DNA of 64,000 nt from an uncultured delta proteobacterium (GCA_963812015.1 CAWETI010000002.1:640001-704000); one strand, 5' to 3'. Shown: positions 40,104 through 50,456, counted from the first letter of the stretch. Program-made: numbers and translations. Notes: generated from the letters alone by a model not told the origin.

Positions 40104-41615
40104 ATGGGCAACTACGCCAACGGACCAAAGCTTTCCAAATCGAAATTCGTCGCTGGTTGTCAATGCCTGAAGAGGTTGTATCTCCAATATTATCAGTTGG
40201 TGCCGGTTGAAATTAATGCCGCGCAACAGGCCAAGTTTGACCAGGGCCACGAGGTTGGCTTGTTGGCCACCAGGGCCTTTCCGAACGGGATGGCGGTGCA
40301 AGAGGACTACCTGCACCATGCTGAAGCGGTGGCCCGAACCCAAAATCTGATGGCGGATAAAAACATTCCTGCCATTTTTGAAGCTGCTTTTACCTATCAA
40401 GGCATTCGGGTGCGGGTCGATATCCTGGAGCGCCAACCTAAAAACCGGTGGCGGTTGATCGAGGTCAAAGCCTCCAATTCAGTGAAGGACTATCACCATT
40501 TGGATGTCGCGATTCAAAAGTATGTTTTAGAGGGCTGCGGGCTTGCATTGTCAGGGGCTTGTCTGATGCACCTAAACCGGGATTATGTTTATGATGGCCG
40601 CGATCTCGATCCGAAAGAATTATTCCTCATCGATGACCTTACCGAGGTTTTGGCAGATCGTATGGCTGAAATTCCCGATAAGGTGGCCCAGGAAAAAGAA
40701 ATCTTGAGCCAGGATGAACCTCCCAATATTGCTCCCGGTGACCAGTGCACCGACCCGTTTGAATGTGAGTTTTATAGTTTTTGCAATCTAGAAGTTCCAG
40801 AGTACTCGGTGAGAAGCCTGCCCCGGTTGAGCAAACGAAAGCGACAAGAACTTGTGGATCAGGGGATCGAATTGATCCATGATATTCCCGATGATTTCGG
40901 CCTGACCGAATTGCAACGCCGTGTCTGCCTCTGTGTCCGACAAGGCGAGCCCTACTTTGGGGGGGAACTCTCGAAGGAACTGAATAAGTTAGAGTATCCG
41001 CTTTATTTTATGGACTTTGAGAGCTATAACCCGGCGATCCCCCGTTATGCCGGGATGAGGCCGTTTGATCAGATCCCCTTCCAGTGGTCGGTCCATGTGC
41101 AGAGGCAGCCTGGGAGTGACCCGGAGCATTATGAATTTCTCGCGGATAATGCCGATGACCCCAGGGAAGCTTTTATCAGTGGCTTGCTGGAAGTTTTGGA
41201 AGATGGTGGCGGGAAAGGCCATATCGTCTCCTACTATGCCAGTTTTGAAACAGGCCGCCTCAATGATTTGGCCGTTTGGCTGTCTCAATACGCTGCCAGG
41301 ATCGAAAACATTAAAGGCCGCCTGTGGGATTTGCACCCGGTTATCAAGGATTACGTCTACCACCCTGAATTTTATGGGTCCTTTTCCCTTAAACAGGTGC
41401 TGCCAGCCCTTGTCCCGCACATGACTTATGAAGGGATGGAAGTATCTGGAGGGACAGAGGCAGGCCTGGCTTATGAGGCCATAATCAGAGGGGAATCCGA
41501 CGATGATGAGATCGATAAATTACGAAATGCCCTCCTCGAGTATTGCAAGCAAGACACTTTAGCCATGGTTGAGCTGATTCAAAAACTGCGTCACTGCGCG
41601 AGAGACCGGGGATGA
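40104..41615 (+). CDS. DUF2779 protein (Cas4-like PD-(D/E)xK plus RNase H-like domain)
   Basis: LSKSKF..GCQC, RVDIL...LIEVK, C...CEF...C, MDFES, QIPFQWS, SFSLKQVLP, YCKQDT. Confidence 0.85.
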   Translation: MGNYANGPKLSKSKFVAGCQCLKRLYLQYYQLVPVEINAAQQAKFDQGHEVGLLATRAFPNGMAVQEDYLHHAEAVARTQNLMADKNIPAIFEAAFTYQGIRVRVDILERQPKNRWRLIEVKASNSVKDYHHLDVAIQKYVLEGCGLALSGACLMHLNRDYVYDGRDLDPKELFLIDDLTEVLADRMAEIPDKVAQEKEILSQDEPPNIAPGDQCTDPFECEFYSFCNLEVPEYSVRSLPRLSKRKRQELVDQGIELIHDIPDDFGLTELQRRVCLCVRQGEPYFGGELSKELNKLEYPLYFMDFESYNPAIPRYAGMRPFDQIPFQWSVHVQRQPGSDPEHYEFLADNADDPREAFISGLLEVLEDGGGKGHIVSYYASFETGRLNDLAVWLSQYAARIENIKGRLWDLHPVIKDYVYHPEFYGSFSLKQVLPALVPHMTYEGMEVSGGTEAGLAYEAIIRGESDDDEIDKLRNALLEYCKQDTLAMVELIQKLRHCARDRG

Positions 41616-41618
41616 GGT

Positions 41619-41789
41619 ATGGACGTAAGGGGCTATGTTGACTGCCCGGCCTGCAAAACAAAGTTCCTGGCTCCCCTTGACGAAAAGAACGGCAGTTACA
41701 TCGGCAATTGCCCTTTCTGCAAGGTCCGCCTCCGTGTCACTTATGCCGTAAGTGACAAGGGAGTTATCTGCTGGGCGACAAGGGCTTGA
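41619..41789 (+). CDS. Small zinc-ribbon protein (56 aa), below the ORF-track cutoff
   Basis: MDVRGYVDCPACKTKFLAPLDEKNGSYIGNCPFCKVRLRVTYAVSDKGVICWATRA, starting 3 nt after the DUF2779 stop. Confidence 0.65.
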   Translation: MDVRGYVDCPACKTKFLAPLDEKNGSYIGNCPFCKVRLRVTYAVSDKGVICWATRA

Positions 41790-41804
41790 GGCATCTATAC
41801 GTTT

Positions 41805-41882
41805 CGGCGGTGGTATGTGCATGTGGCCTCAGCCTTTCCTCCGGTTCACCATTACAGGGCGGTGTTGGCCTAGGGTTTATAG
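41805..41882 (+). pseudogene. IS1380 transposase C-terminal remnant
   Basis: Translates RRWYVHVASAFPPVHHYRAVLA*, matching RRWYVHVASAFPLAHYCRAVLAW of the element at 8205-8285. Confidence 0.8.
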
Positions 41883-42023
41883 GCCGACACGCCACTAAAT
41901 CATTTGGGTATGCATGTCAACGTACTCTGATTTCCAAATCATTTTTTTCGTTTTTCCCTTATATCATGGTATAAGGGTAACGATTTGATATTCAAATATA
42001 ATATTTAATCGCAGAGGCTGGAA

Positions 42024-42848
42024 ATGAAAGAGAAATCTATTGTTGGAGATTTGATTAATTTTCGTGGATTAGTTTATGCTCCTGTAAATGAAAATGGAGT
42101 TATATTTCTATTCGGCAGGGTTGCTGACGACCTTAATATGTATATTGAAGAAATCAAGCCCGGATTTCCTGATTGCGTAGGCAGAAGATTTGTTGGAAAA
42201 GGATGGGAAAGAATTTCAATAGAATTTGAATTTAGAAGTTCTAATTTTATCCAGCACGGACATGACCCCAGTAACTGCGATATAATTATTTGTTGGGAAC
42301 ATGATTGGAAGGAGTGCCCATTAGAGGTAATCGAATTAAAATCTGAGATACAAGAACTTCCTAATAATCCAGTTAGAAGACCAGGAGCAACTGAAAAACA
42401 AGAGAAAGATATAGAAAAGAGTTTGAACGAAATTTTCACTAAGGTATCAGCTCTTCCAAAGATTAGAGAATGTTATGAGAAAACATTTGAAAAAGTTACT
42501 GAAATCAATGATGCAATCTGGGCAAAAATTGGTACTTCCTATATTGGATGGTATTCTCCAGAAAGAGCTTTTGTTTCCATAAAAATCAATAAAACCTCTA
42601 TTAGATTTGAATGCTTTTCTCGGGGATTGGATATTCCAGGAACAAAAGTAACAAGTGAAAAGTATGCTCCTCGTTGGGTAGTATTTACAGTCAAAAGCGA
42701 TAGTGATGTTGAGAAAGCGACAAATATTATTGCCGAGTCTTATAAAAGAATAAAAGAAGCAATTTCTGCAGGAGAACCTACAGGGTATTTTTCGGGTGGA
42801 GAAAGTTTTAAACCAAGAGAGTCACTTATGGAAAATGAGAGTGAGTAA
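42024..42848 (+). CDS. PD-(D/E)xK-like endonuclease with a C-terminal DUF5655-like domain
   Basis: APVNENGVIFLFG, GFPDC, IEFEFRSSNF, HGHDP..CDIIICWEHDW. Confidence 0.7.
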   Translation: MKEKSIVGDLINFRGLVYAPVNENGVIFLFGRVADDLNMYIEEIKPGFPDCVGRRFVGKGWERISIEFEFRSSNFIQHGHDPSNCDIIICWEHDWKECPLEVIELKSEIQELPNNPVRRPGATEKQEKDIEKSLNEIFTKVSALPKIRECYEKTFEKVTEINDAIWAKIGTSYIGWYSPERAFVSIKINKTSIRFECFSRGLDIPGTKVTSEKYAPRWVVFTVKSDSDVEKATNIIAESYKRIKEAISAGEPTGYFSGGESFKPRESLMENESE

Positions 42849-43045
42849 TTAAAGACTACTGCCTTTCAAAGGATACTACTGACGCTGGTTTTCTATTGGT
42901 ACTTGATTGAAGGTTTCTGCTATTTAACAACATGTTCTGAAAATAAATAATATTTAGGATATCCGCTTCATATCAATAGTTAGACCAAAGAAGCCCCTTT
43001 GTCCATTTTTCCACCTTCCAACCCTTCCAGGGACCATTCTTTCCC

Positions 43046-43100
43046 TTGACTTTGCCCCGCAGTCGGCAGTAAGATTGGACCAAAATCATTTTTGTCCAAT
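43046..43100 (+). promoter_or_regulatory. sigma70 promoter overlapped by an inverted repeat (recombinase operator or res-like site)
   Basis: TTGACT-18 nt-TAAGAT. ATTGGACCAAAA-TCA-TTTTTGTCCAAT at 43074-43100. Confidence 0.6.
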
Positions 43101-43105
43101 TTTCT

Positions 43106-43696
43106 ATGGTTGGTCGCTCCCTCATCCCCAAGGCCTGGGTGCCCCAGGCCCTGAGCATCGTCCCCTACTTGACTCGGGAGGAGGTCGCCCGCATGGCGGT
43201 CGCCTGCCAAGGACGAAATCGGCTTCGGGATGAACTCCTCATCCTTACCCTCTTCCAGACGGGTCTGCGTATCTCCGAGGCCCTGCGCCTCACCCCCCGT
43301 AAGATCGAGAGTTATGAAGGCGGCGCCGCCCTGCACATCTTGGGAAAAGGGGGCAAGGCCCGCTTGGTGGCCTGCCCGCCAAGCCTGGCCCATCGCCTCA
43401 AAAGTTACGCCTTCGACAAAAAACTGGAACTCGATGACCGGATCTTCAAGATCAACCGCAAGCGCGCTTGGCAGATCGTCAAGGCAGCCGCGGAGCAGGC
43501 CGGCGTCGCCAAAAGGGTTTACCCCCACCTGTTTCGCCACTCCGGGGCCATTGAGCGCCTGCGGCAGACCGGCAACCCCCGGGCCCTGCAATTGCATTTG
43601 GGTCATGCTTCTCCCTTCATGACCATGCGGTATCTCAGCACTCTCACGGAGGAAGAGGCTTTGCGGATCCAACAAGGGGTGCAGTTTGACCAATAA
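43106..43696 (+). CDS. Small tyrosine recombinase (catalytic domain only)
   Basis: TGLRISE, GKGGK, HLFRHS, LGH, TMRY. Confidence 0.93.
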   Translation: MVGRSLIPKAWVPQALSIVPYLTREEVARMAVACQGRNRLRDELLILTLFQTGLRISEALRLTPRKIESYEGGAALHILGKGGKARLVACPPSLAHRLKSYAFDKKLELDDRIFKINRKRAWQIVKAAAEQAGVAKRVYPHLFRHSGAIERLRQTGNPRALQLHLGHASPFMTMRYLSTLTEEEALRIQQGVQFDQ

Positions 43697-43794
43697 GTTC
43701 AGCCCTTAGACTTACTGACCACCTAAGGGATTGGGATAATCCTTTAGGACCAGTGTTTAGGCTTGCAACTAACCTTCACCATGAGGAGCGACAT

Positions 43795-44175
43795 ATGGGC
43801 GGCGTATTTGAAGTCTATATCCAGACCCATTTCTCAGCGGCCCATCGCTTAGAGGGCTATCCGGGTGACTGCGCCCGTACTCACGGCCATAATTGGATCG
43901 TCGAGGTCTATGTGAAATGTTCGGCCTTGAATGACATTGGGATCGGCATCGATTTTCGGGACATCAAAGTCGCGGTGAAGGAGGTCCTCTCAGGACTGGA
44001 TCATTTTAACCTGAATGACCTGGAACCTTTTCAACAGATCAACCCCACTTCAGAATATATTGCCAAATTCCTCTATGAAGAACTATCCAAAAAATTGGAT
44101 GCCCGCACCTTGAAGGTCTCCAAGGTTAAAGTGAGCGAAACCCCGGGGGCCGGGGCCTTTTACTATGAAGAGTAA
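43795..44175 (+). CDS. queD: 6-carboxytetrahydropterin synthase
   Basis: FSAAH, CARTHGHNW, IDF, LDH..LN, PTSE, SETP. Confidence 0.95.
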   Translation: MGGVFEVYIQTHFSAAHRLEGYPGDCARTHGHNWIVEVYVKCSALNDIGIGIDFRDIKVAVKEVLSGLDHFNLNDLEPFQQINPTSEYIAKFLYEELSKKLDARTLKVSKVKVSETPGAGAFYYEE

Positions 44176-44211
44176 GAGTCCTAGCGATAAATTTGCGTTG
44201 CGGAGGACCCC

Positions 44212-44856
44212 GTGACCATCTTTTTTGACGGTGGTTTCGAGCCGGGCAAGTGGGCCGGAGGTCTAGCGAAACTCTTGCATCAGGCCAAGATTATCGATGA
44301 TCTACTGCCCAAGGCCCGGGTGTGGCGGGCCAATTGGACCCAATGGATCCAGTTTGAACCAGTGGGGCATGTGGGGCCGGCCTTCTGGTTAGGCAAGCCT
44401 GCCATCTTGTCAGGAAATGGCTTTCTTTATGTGGGGTATTATGTGGAAAGGGGTCTCTTAAGCCACCCCAGTCATCCCGAATATGTCATCACCCCCGAAT
44501 GGGAGTGGCATGGCTTCATGAAATGTCTGGAGCATGACCCTTGCCGCAGGACCCTCAATTCCCTCATGCAAAATTTACCTGAGGAACAGCGCTGCCTCTG
44601 GGTGCGCATTGTGCACGACGAGAAAGGGATCCTCTTGGATCAAGTCCTGGCCTATGGGGATGAACACACCTTATTGGATTTTATGAGGATCAGCGCGCAA
44701 GCCCCGACTGATCATTGGGTCGAGGCCATGCTGGGAGTACGCTTCTCTAAAGAAGAATGCCTACATTTGCAAAAGAAAATAGTACCAGAGATGAGGAACC
44801 CACTTATTCGGGCCGATGAGATTCGCTGGTTAGCTATTCAACAATTAAAAAAATGA
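44212..44856 (+). CDS. Hypothetical protein inserted between queD and queE
   Basis: 214-aa ORF with GGAGG RBS and GTG start, Trp-rich, no recognised motif. Confidence 0.75.
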   Translation: MTIFFDGGFEPGKWAGGLAKLLHQAKIIDDLLPKARVWRANWTQWIQFEPVGHVGPAFWLGKPAILSGNGFLYVGYYVERGLLSHPSHPEYVITPEWEWHGFMKCLEHDPCRRTLNSLMQNLPEEQRCLWVRIVHDEKGILLDQVLAYGDEHTLLDFMRISAQAPTDHWVEAMLGVRFSKEECLHLQKKIVPEMRNPLIRADEIRWLAIQQLKK

Positions 44857-44886
44857 TTAATTATTAATGCCTTTGGTAACAAGTGA

Positions 44887-45534
44887 ATGCCTCTCCAAAT
44901 AAATGAAATTTTCTATTCTATTCAAGGGGAATCTTCATATGGAGGGTATCCTTGTGTTTTCATAAGACTAACTGGCTGTAATCTGCGCTGCTCATATTGC
45001 GATACCCAGTATGCTTATTTTGAGGGAGAACAGTTAGAGATAGATGATATTTTGAAGCGAATTAAGCTTTATCAATGCAAACTGGTGGAAATAACGGGAG
45101 GAGAACCATTGTTGCAACAGAAAACCCCCCAGTTAATAACGCAATTACTGGAAAAAAGATATAAAGTTTTATTAGAAACTAACGGCAGCCAAGATATCAG
45201 GCAGGTTGACCCGCGCTGTGTCAGAATCATTGATATCAAGTGCCCCTCCAGCGGTGAAGCGGACCAGAATAAGTTAGACAACCTGAACCACTTAACCCAA
45301 GAAGATGAAATAAAGTTTGTTATTGGCAATCGCCAAGACTACGAATTTGCCAAAAATATCATTCCATTAACTGAGTTAGATAAAAAACCATTAAGGTTTA
45401 TCCATTTCTCGCCGGTTTTTGGTAGGCTGGAACCACGGACTTTAGCCCAATGGCTACTGGAAGATCATCTCCCGGTGAGACTCCATCTGCAACTGCACAA
45501 AATAATCTGGGCTCCAGAACAGCGAGGAGTATAG
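44887..45534 (+). CDS. queE: 7-carboxy-7-deazaguanine synthase (radical SAM)
   Basis: EIFYSIQGES, GCNLRCSYCDT, TGGEP, ETNGS, QLHK. Confidence 0.95.
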   Translation: MPLQINEIFYSIQGESSYGGYPCVFIRLTGCNLRCSYCDTQYAYFEGEQLEIDDILKRIKLYQCKLVEITGGEPLLQQKTPQLITQLLEKRYKVLLETNGSQDIRQVDPRCVRIIDIKCPSSGEADQNKLDNLNHLTQEDEIKFVIGNRQDYEFAKNIIPLTELDKKPLRFIHFSPVFGRLEPRTLAQWLLEDHLPVRLHLQLHKIIWAPEQRGV

Positions 45535-46233
45535 GTGATGGTGAGGGGAAAAGCCATCGTGCTTTCAAGTGGCGGACTTGATTCTACCACCACCATGGCT
45601 ATCGCTCAGGCGGAAGGATTTGAAATTTTTAGCCTAAGCTTTCGTTATGGTCAGCGTCATAGCCTGGAAATTCAGGCAGCGGAAAATGTGGCGAGGGTCT
45701 TCGGAGTTAAGGAACACTTGGTAGTTGACATCGATTTGACCAAAATTGGGGGGTCCGCCCTCACTGACAATCTAGAGGTACCCAAAGCCCGTTCTGAGCA
45801 CGAAATGCAGAAGGGAATCCCGATCACTTATGTGCCGGCCCGCAATACCATATTCCTATCCTTTGCCTTAGCATGGGCCGAGGTGTTGAACGTCGCCGAT
45901 ATCTTCATCGGGGTGAACGCCCTCGATTATAGCGGTTATCCGGACTGCCGCCCCGAGTTTATCCGAGCCTTCGAGAACTTAGCAAACCTAGCCACCAAAG
46001 CAGGAGTCGAAGGAACCACCCGGTTTCGGATTCATGCTCCTCTCATCAATATGACCAAAGCGGATATTATTCGCACGGGTAATAAACTCGGGGTGGATTT
46101 TAGCCTCACCCACAGTTGCTATGACCCCTCTCCGGATGGACGGGCCTGCGGAAATTGCGACAGTTGTCTGCTGAGGAAAAAAGGCTTTTGGGAAGCGGGA
46201 ATTCCCGATCCGACTCTCTATCTGATTTCGTAA
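45535..46233 (+). CDS. queC: 7-cyano-7-deazaguanine synthase
   Basis: SGGLDS, YGQRH, YVPARN, YPDCR, SCY...CGNCDSC. Confidence 0.97.
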   Translation: MMVRGKAIVLSSGGLDSTTTMAIAQAEGFEIFSLSFRYGQRHSLEIQAAENVARVFGVKEHLVVDIDLTKIGGSALTDNLEVPKARSEHEMQKGIPITYVPARNTIFLSFALAWAEVLNVADIFIGVNALDYSGYPDCRPEFIRAFENLANLATKAGVEGTTRFRIHAPLINMTKADIIRTGNKLGVDFSLTHSCYDPSPDGRACGNCDSCLLRKKGFWEAGIPDPTLYLIS

Positions 46234-46250
46234 GCACTAAGAGGTGTGTC

Positions 46251-47031
46251 ATGATAGATGTCCAAAACCTTCCTGGTTTGTACAATCTCAACATTGACAA
46301 AGTGGGCATCTCAGATGTGAGTTATCCCATCGAAGTTTTAGACAAGAACCAGGAAAAGCAAGCCGCTACCGCCACGATTAATATGTATGTGGATCTCCCC
46401 CACCATTTTAAGGGGACCCACATGAGACCGCTTTATTGAGGTACTTAATAAATACCGGGGTGAGATCACCGTGAGAAATATGGGCAATATCCTGAGGGAA
46501 ATCGCCCGGAGCCTGGAAGCCAGATCATCCCACATGGAATTGAGCTTTAAATATTTTATTGAGAAAGAAGCACCCGTTTCCAAAGCCCGGAGCCTCATGG
46601 GATATGATTGCCGCTTTATCGCCTCCTACACCCAGGACAAAGACGAGGATTTTATTCTGGAAGTTAAAGTGCCGGTGATGAATCTATGTCCCTGTTCCAA
46701 GGAGATCAGTGGCACCGCCGCCCATAACCAAAGAAGTGAGGTGACCGTCCAGGTGCGATTCAAAGACTTTGTCTGGATCGAGGATGTCATCGCCTTGGCA
46801 GAGCAATCTGCAAGTTCGGACCTTTATGCCCTTCTGAAAAGGCCTGATGAAAAATATGTTGCAGAACGGGCTTATGAGAATCCGAGATTTGTCGAAGACA
46901 TTGTCAGGATCATCGCCAATGGACTCTTGCAAGACGAAAAAATCACCTGGTTTGCGGTCAAGTCTATCAATTACGAAAGCATCCACAATCATAACGCATA
47001 TGCCTTTATCACCAGAGATAAGCGGCTATGA
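46251..47031 (+). pseudogene. folE2: GTP cyclohydrolase I type 2, frameshifted as given (about 259 aa if repaired)
   Basis: MIDVQ, KGTHM[SRF], LCPCSKEIS, AHNQRS, NPRFVED, ESIHNHNA. One extra base near 46427, possibly a sequencing error. Confidence 0.9.
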
Positions 47032-49330
47032 TCACTTTTGACCTGTTTCACGAAATTGCGATTAAAATTCGCGATGACAAGAAATTAGACGAAGCTCAGA
47101 AAGAAGCCGTTTCATTTCCCGCATGTGACCCTCTTTTCTTGGTTGCAGGTCCTGGTTCAGGGAAAACTACGGTCCTTACGTTGAGAACCCTTCGGTTTAT
47201 TTTTGTAGACGGCATCTATCCCCAGAGTATCGTGGCCACCACCTTCACCAAAAAAGCAGCAGCAGAACTACGCTCCCGCATTTTGAGTTGGGGGGAACTC
47301 ATCAAGGAAGAGGTTAAAAAACAAAAACTTACCCCAGAACAGCATACTTTTCTGGAAAGTATAGACATCAACCGAATCAATACCGGGACGTTGGACAGCC
47401 TATCTGAGACCATTATGCGGGAATACCGCATGGCAGGTGACCCTCCTCCGGTCGTCCTTGATCAGTTTCTTGCAGATGTGCGTTTAGCGCAGAAGGGCTT
47501 ATTTGAAGGGGGGCGGTTCCAAAATAAAGAATTGGAGGCTTATCTCAAACAGATACGAGGATCTTATCAGGCTCGCAGCCTATCCACTAAAAAGAATTTC
47601 CTTCGGGGCCTGCACGACCGATTTGCCCAGAATCAGGTGGATATGGAGGCCTTCGCCAGGGAGGATCCCGGGCGGCAACAGGCCAAAGAGGCCATAAGCG
47701 GCTATCGGGACTCCCTCAGAGATGATGAAGCTCTGGACTTCGCTCTCCTGGAAGAAGAGTTTCGCTCTCGTTTGCTCGATAATAGGCTGGCGGCTTTTTT
47801 AGAGACGATCAAGGTGCTCTTGGTGGATGAATACCAGGATACCAACTATCTCCAAGAGCAGATCTATTTCACCATTGCCCAGTCTATTCAGGGGGCCATT
47901 ACGGTGGTGGGGGATGATGACCAATCGCTTTACCGCTTTCGGGGTGCCACCGTGGACCTCTTTCGGGAACTTCCTGATCGATTGAAGGGGGTACTAGGGG
48001 GTAAAACTGCGAAGACGATTCACCTACGCACCAATTACCGTTCTAGTCAGCAGATCGTCACGTTCTTTTCTCATTTTATCAAATTAGATCCCGCATATCT
48101 TCCCCGCGAGTCTTAAATAAACCCGAGGTTTTGCCCCACGCCGGCGCTGAGGTGGGTCTCCCCGTGTTGGGTATGTTCCGAGATAACCGGGAAGCCCTGG
48201 CCCAGGATTTGGCTGAATTAATTCATGCCATTTTTAGGGGACCCGGGTTTGAAATAATTTTACAGAATAAGAAAATAACCATTCAGAAAGATCCCGAAGG
48301 CGGGGATGTTGGCGATTGCGCACTCTTAATGAGCAGTCCGGCCGAATATGCTAGTGGCGGTGCGGAACGACTACCCAGGTTATTGCAGGACGGGTTGAAT
48401 CAATATGAAGATTTCATCCAGTTATTCAACCCCCGAGGAGAATTTTATGCCGACATCGATCAAGTAATGACTCTCTGCGGCCTACTCTTGGAGGCCATCG
48501 ACCCGCACAAGAAAGTGGAAGAGGCCGTGGGCAACTTTCCCGAGGAAGCGGTCCACCAAATGCAATGCTGGCGGGACCATGCCCGCAGGTTCATCACGAC
48601 TAATCCGGTCCCAAACCGACCGCATCCCCTTAAAGATTTCATTGACGCATGGGCCGTCCGGCGCTCCCAAGAACCGGGCCGGAAATGGCTCCAGGAAGCC
48701 CTTATCCTGGACCTTTGCTACAAACTAGTCACCTGGCTTCCGTTTTTCCAAGACGATCCCGAAGGGCAGGTGTACTTGGAGGTCATCTGCCGGGCCATCG
48801 CTCAAAATGCCGCCTACTCTCGGTACGAATCAAAGCTTTTGAGCAATAAAGAATTCGAAAGCATCAAAGAAGCCTACTGGAACATTTTTATCCCCTTAGC
48901 CACCGGCGTGATCGAACTTAATGAAGAACTCATCGAAACCTTCCCCCGAAATCGCCTATCCATTTTATCGATTCATCAGGCCAAGGGCCTGGAATTCCCC
49001 ATGGTGATCGTAGATGTATCCTCGGATTTCAAAAGTAATCATTATTCTCAAAGATTTAAGAGATTTCCTGATCCCAAAAGGGTTGGCGAAACTTACAGCA
49101 TGGAAGATGAGGTACGCCGTTTTTCCCCTTTACAAAATTTCCCCATCGGCTCCAAACTTGACCGTGCCTTCGATGACTTAGTGAGACAATATTTCGTCGC
49201 CTATAGTCGGGCTCAAATAGTATTACTGCTGGTAGGCTTGCGGAACCACCACATCCCGAATGTGGCTTTGGGTTGGCGCCGGGACGAAAGTTGGGCATGG
49301 CAGAATAAATTACCTTGGTTAACTATTTGA
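47028..49330 (+). pseudogene. UvrD/Rep-family SF1 helicase, frameshifted as given (about 767 aa if repaired)
   Basis: AGPGSGKT, TFTKKAA, VDEYQD, VGDDDQSLYRFRGA, TNYRS, then SIHQAKGLEF and FVAYSRA. One base missing near 48102-48107. Confidence 0.88.
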
Positions 49331-49337
49331 GGTTCCT

Positions 49338-50456
49338 ATGAAACTCGAGATACGTCCCTCTCACTATCTCATTCCGCAGTATAGTCTAACGGGAGACCTC
49401 CTGTCTTATCTGCGTTGTGGGTTGCAGTATCGCTATCTCAATGGCAGCGCCCTGCCGCCTTCCCGTCCGGTGCAGCAATGGTTTGGAGAATTCATCCACG
49501 GGGTTATGGAGGAGGCCTTTAAGACTTTTCGGGAACGAAATGCCCTACCACCTTGGCCCAACGAGGATATTCAGGCCATTTGCCAGAGGATTGAAAAACG
49601 CCTGGGGGTAAGGGGAAAATCCCCTCGGAACCGTACCCTTCGGGAGATTGCATATAGCCGGGCGCATTTGGCTATCAATGAACTTGGCCCTCACCTCTTC
49701 CCCCTAATCGCCGTTGCAGAGGTTAGGCTGAGTGCCACACGGGAAATGCCCCAGGAGCAAGGTATCCAGTTTCGGTCAAAGCATTTTGAGATACGGGGAG
49801 TGATCGACGTCCTTACCAGGGTTTCACTCAGCCAGTTTCAGGGTGACAACCTGCTATTGCAAATGCTCTGGGAGGTACTCGGTCCTGAGATCCCCCGTGA
49901 TGATTTTGAGGTCATCGTGGATTACAAGGGGATGCGTCGTCCATCCGTTATGGATGACACTTGGGCTCAACTGGATTGGCAGATTAATACATACGCCTGG
50001 CTACGGATGATGCAACCGGAAAGCCAAACAGTAATTGCGGGAGTGCTCATCTTTATCAATGAACTCCAACCCTCCAAGGAAGACCTCATAGAACTCCAGC
50101 AAGAGATCAAAATGGGCAGGACGGATGTCATCCCGGCCAAGGATGTAACCGAATTTCAAACCATTATGACATGGGATAAAAAAGCTGAGGTTCCCAGCCT
50201 GCCGCTGGATTTTCGGTTTCGTCGGGCCATCCGCATCGTCAAAATAAGCCCGAAGACTACGACGAATTCATTAAATAAATTTCACGAAGTCGTGAAGAAC
50301 ATTGAACATTGTGTCCTAAAAGAAAAAAATTGTGGTTCCATCCTCACTGTTTGGCCTCAGAAACCAGAGGAAAAGACCTGTACCGCCTGTGATTTTGAGA
50401 CCTTTTGTCCAAGTCTCAAAAAGTCTGGCGAACCTCGGGCACCAAAAGCCCCCTGA
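49338..50456 (+). CDS. PD-(D/E)xK nuclease, Cas4/AddB-like with four Cys
   Basis: YLRCGLQY, GEFIH, GVIDV, IVDYKG, QINTY, CTACDFETFC. Confidence 0.88.
   Translation: MKLEIRPSHYLIPQYSLTGDLLSYLRCGLQYRYLNGSALPPSRPVQQWFGEFIHGVMEEAFKTFRERNALPPWPNEDIQAICQRIEKRLGVRGKSPRNRTLREIAYSRAHLAINELGPHLFPLIAVAEVRLSATREMPQEQGIQFRSKHFEIRGVIDVLTRVSLSQFQGDNLLLQMLWEVLGPEIPRDDFEVIVDYKGMRRPSVMDDTWAQLDWQINTYAWLRMMQPESQTVIAGVLIFINELQPSKEDLIELQQEIKMGRTDVIPAKDVTEFQTIMTWDKKAEVPSLPLDFRFRRAIRIVKISPKTTTNSLNKFHEVVKNIEHCVLKEKNCGSILTVWPQKPEEKTCTACDFETFCPSLKKSGEPRAPKAP

Noticed and set aside
42980..43693. 237-aa minus-strand ORF
   Set aside because: Antisense to the tyrosine recombinase.
43697..43794. preQ1 riboswitch upstream of queD
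   Set aside because: Only a CCCTTAG/CTAAGGG inverted repeat is visible, with no preQ1 stem plus A-rich tail. An Rfam scan would settle it.
40104..50456. Cas4-like nucleases as evidence of CRISPR-Cas
   Set aside because: No cas1/cas2 and no repeat-spacer array seen anywhere in the window.
47028..50456. Gabija
   Set aside because: The partner is a PD-(D/E)xK nuclease, not an OLD-family ATPase/TOPRIM protein.
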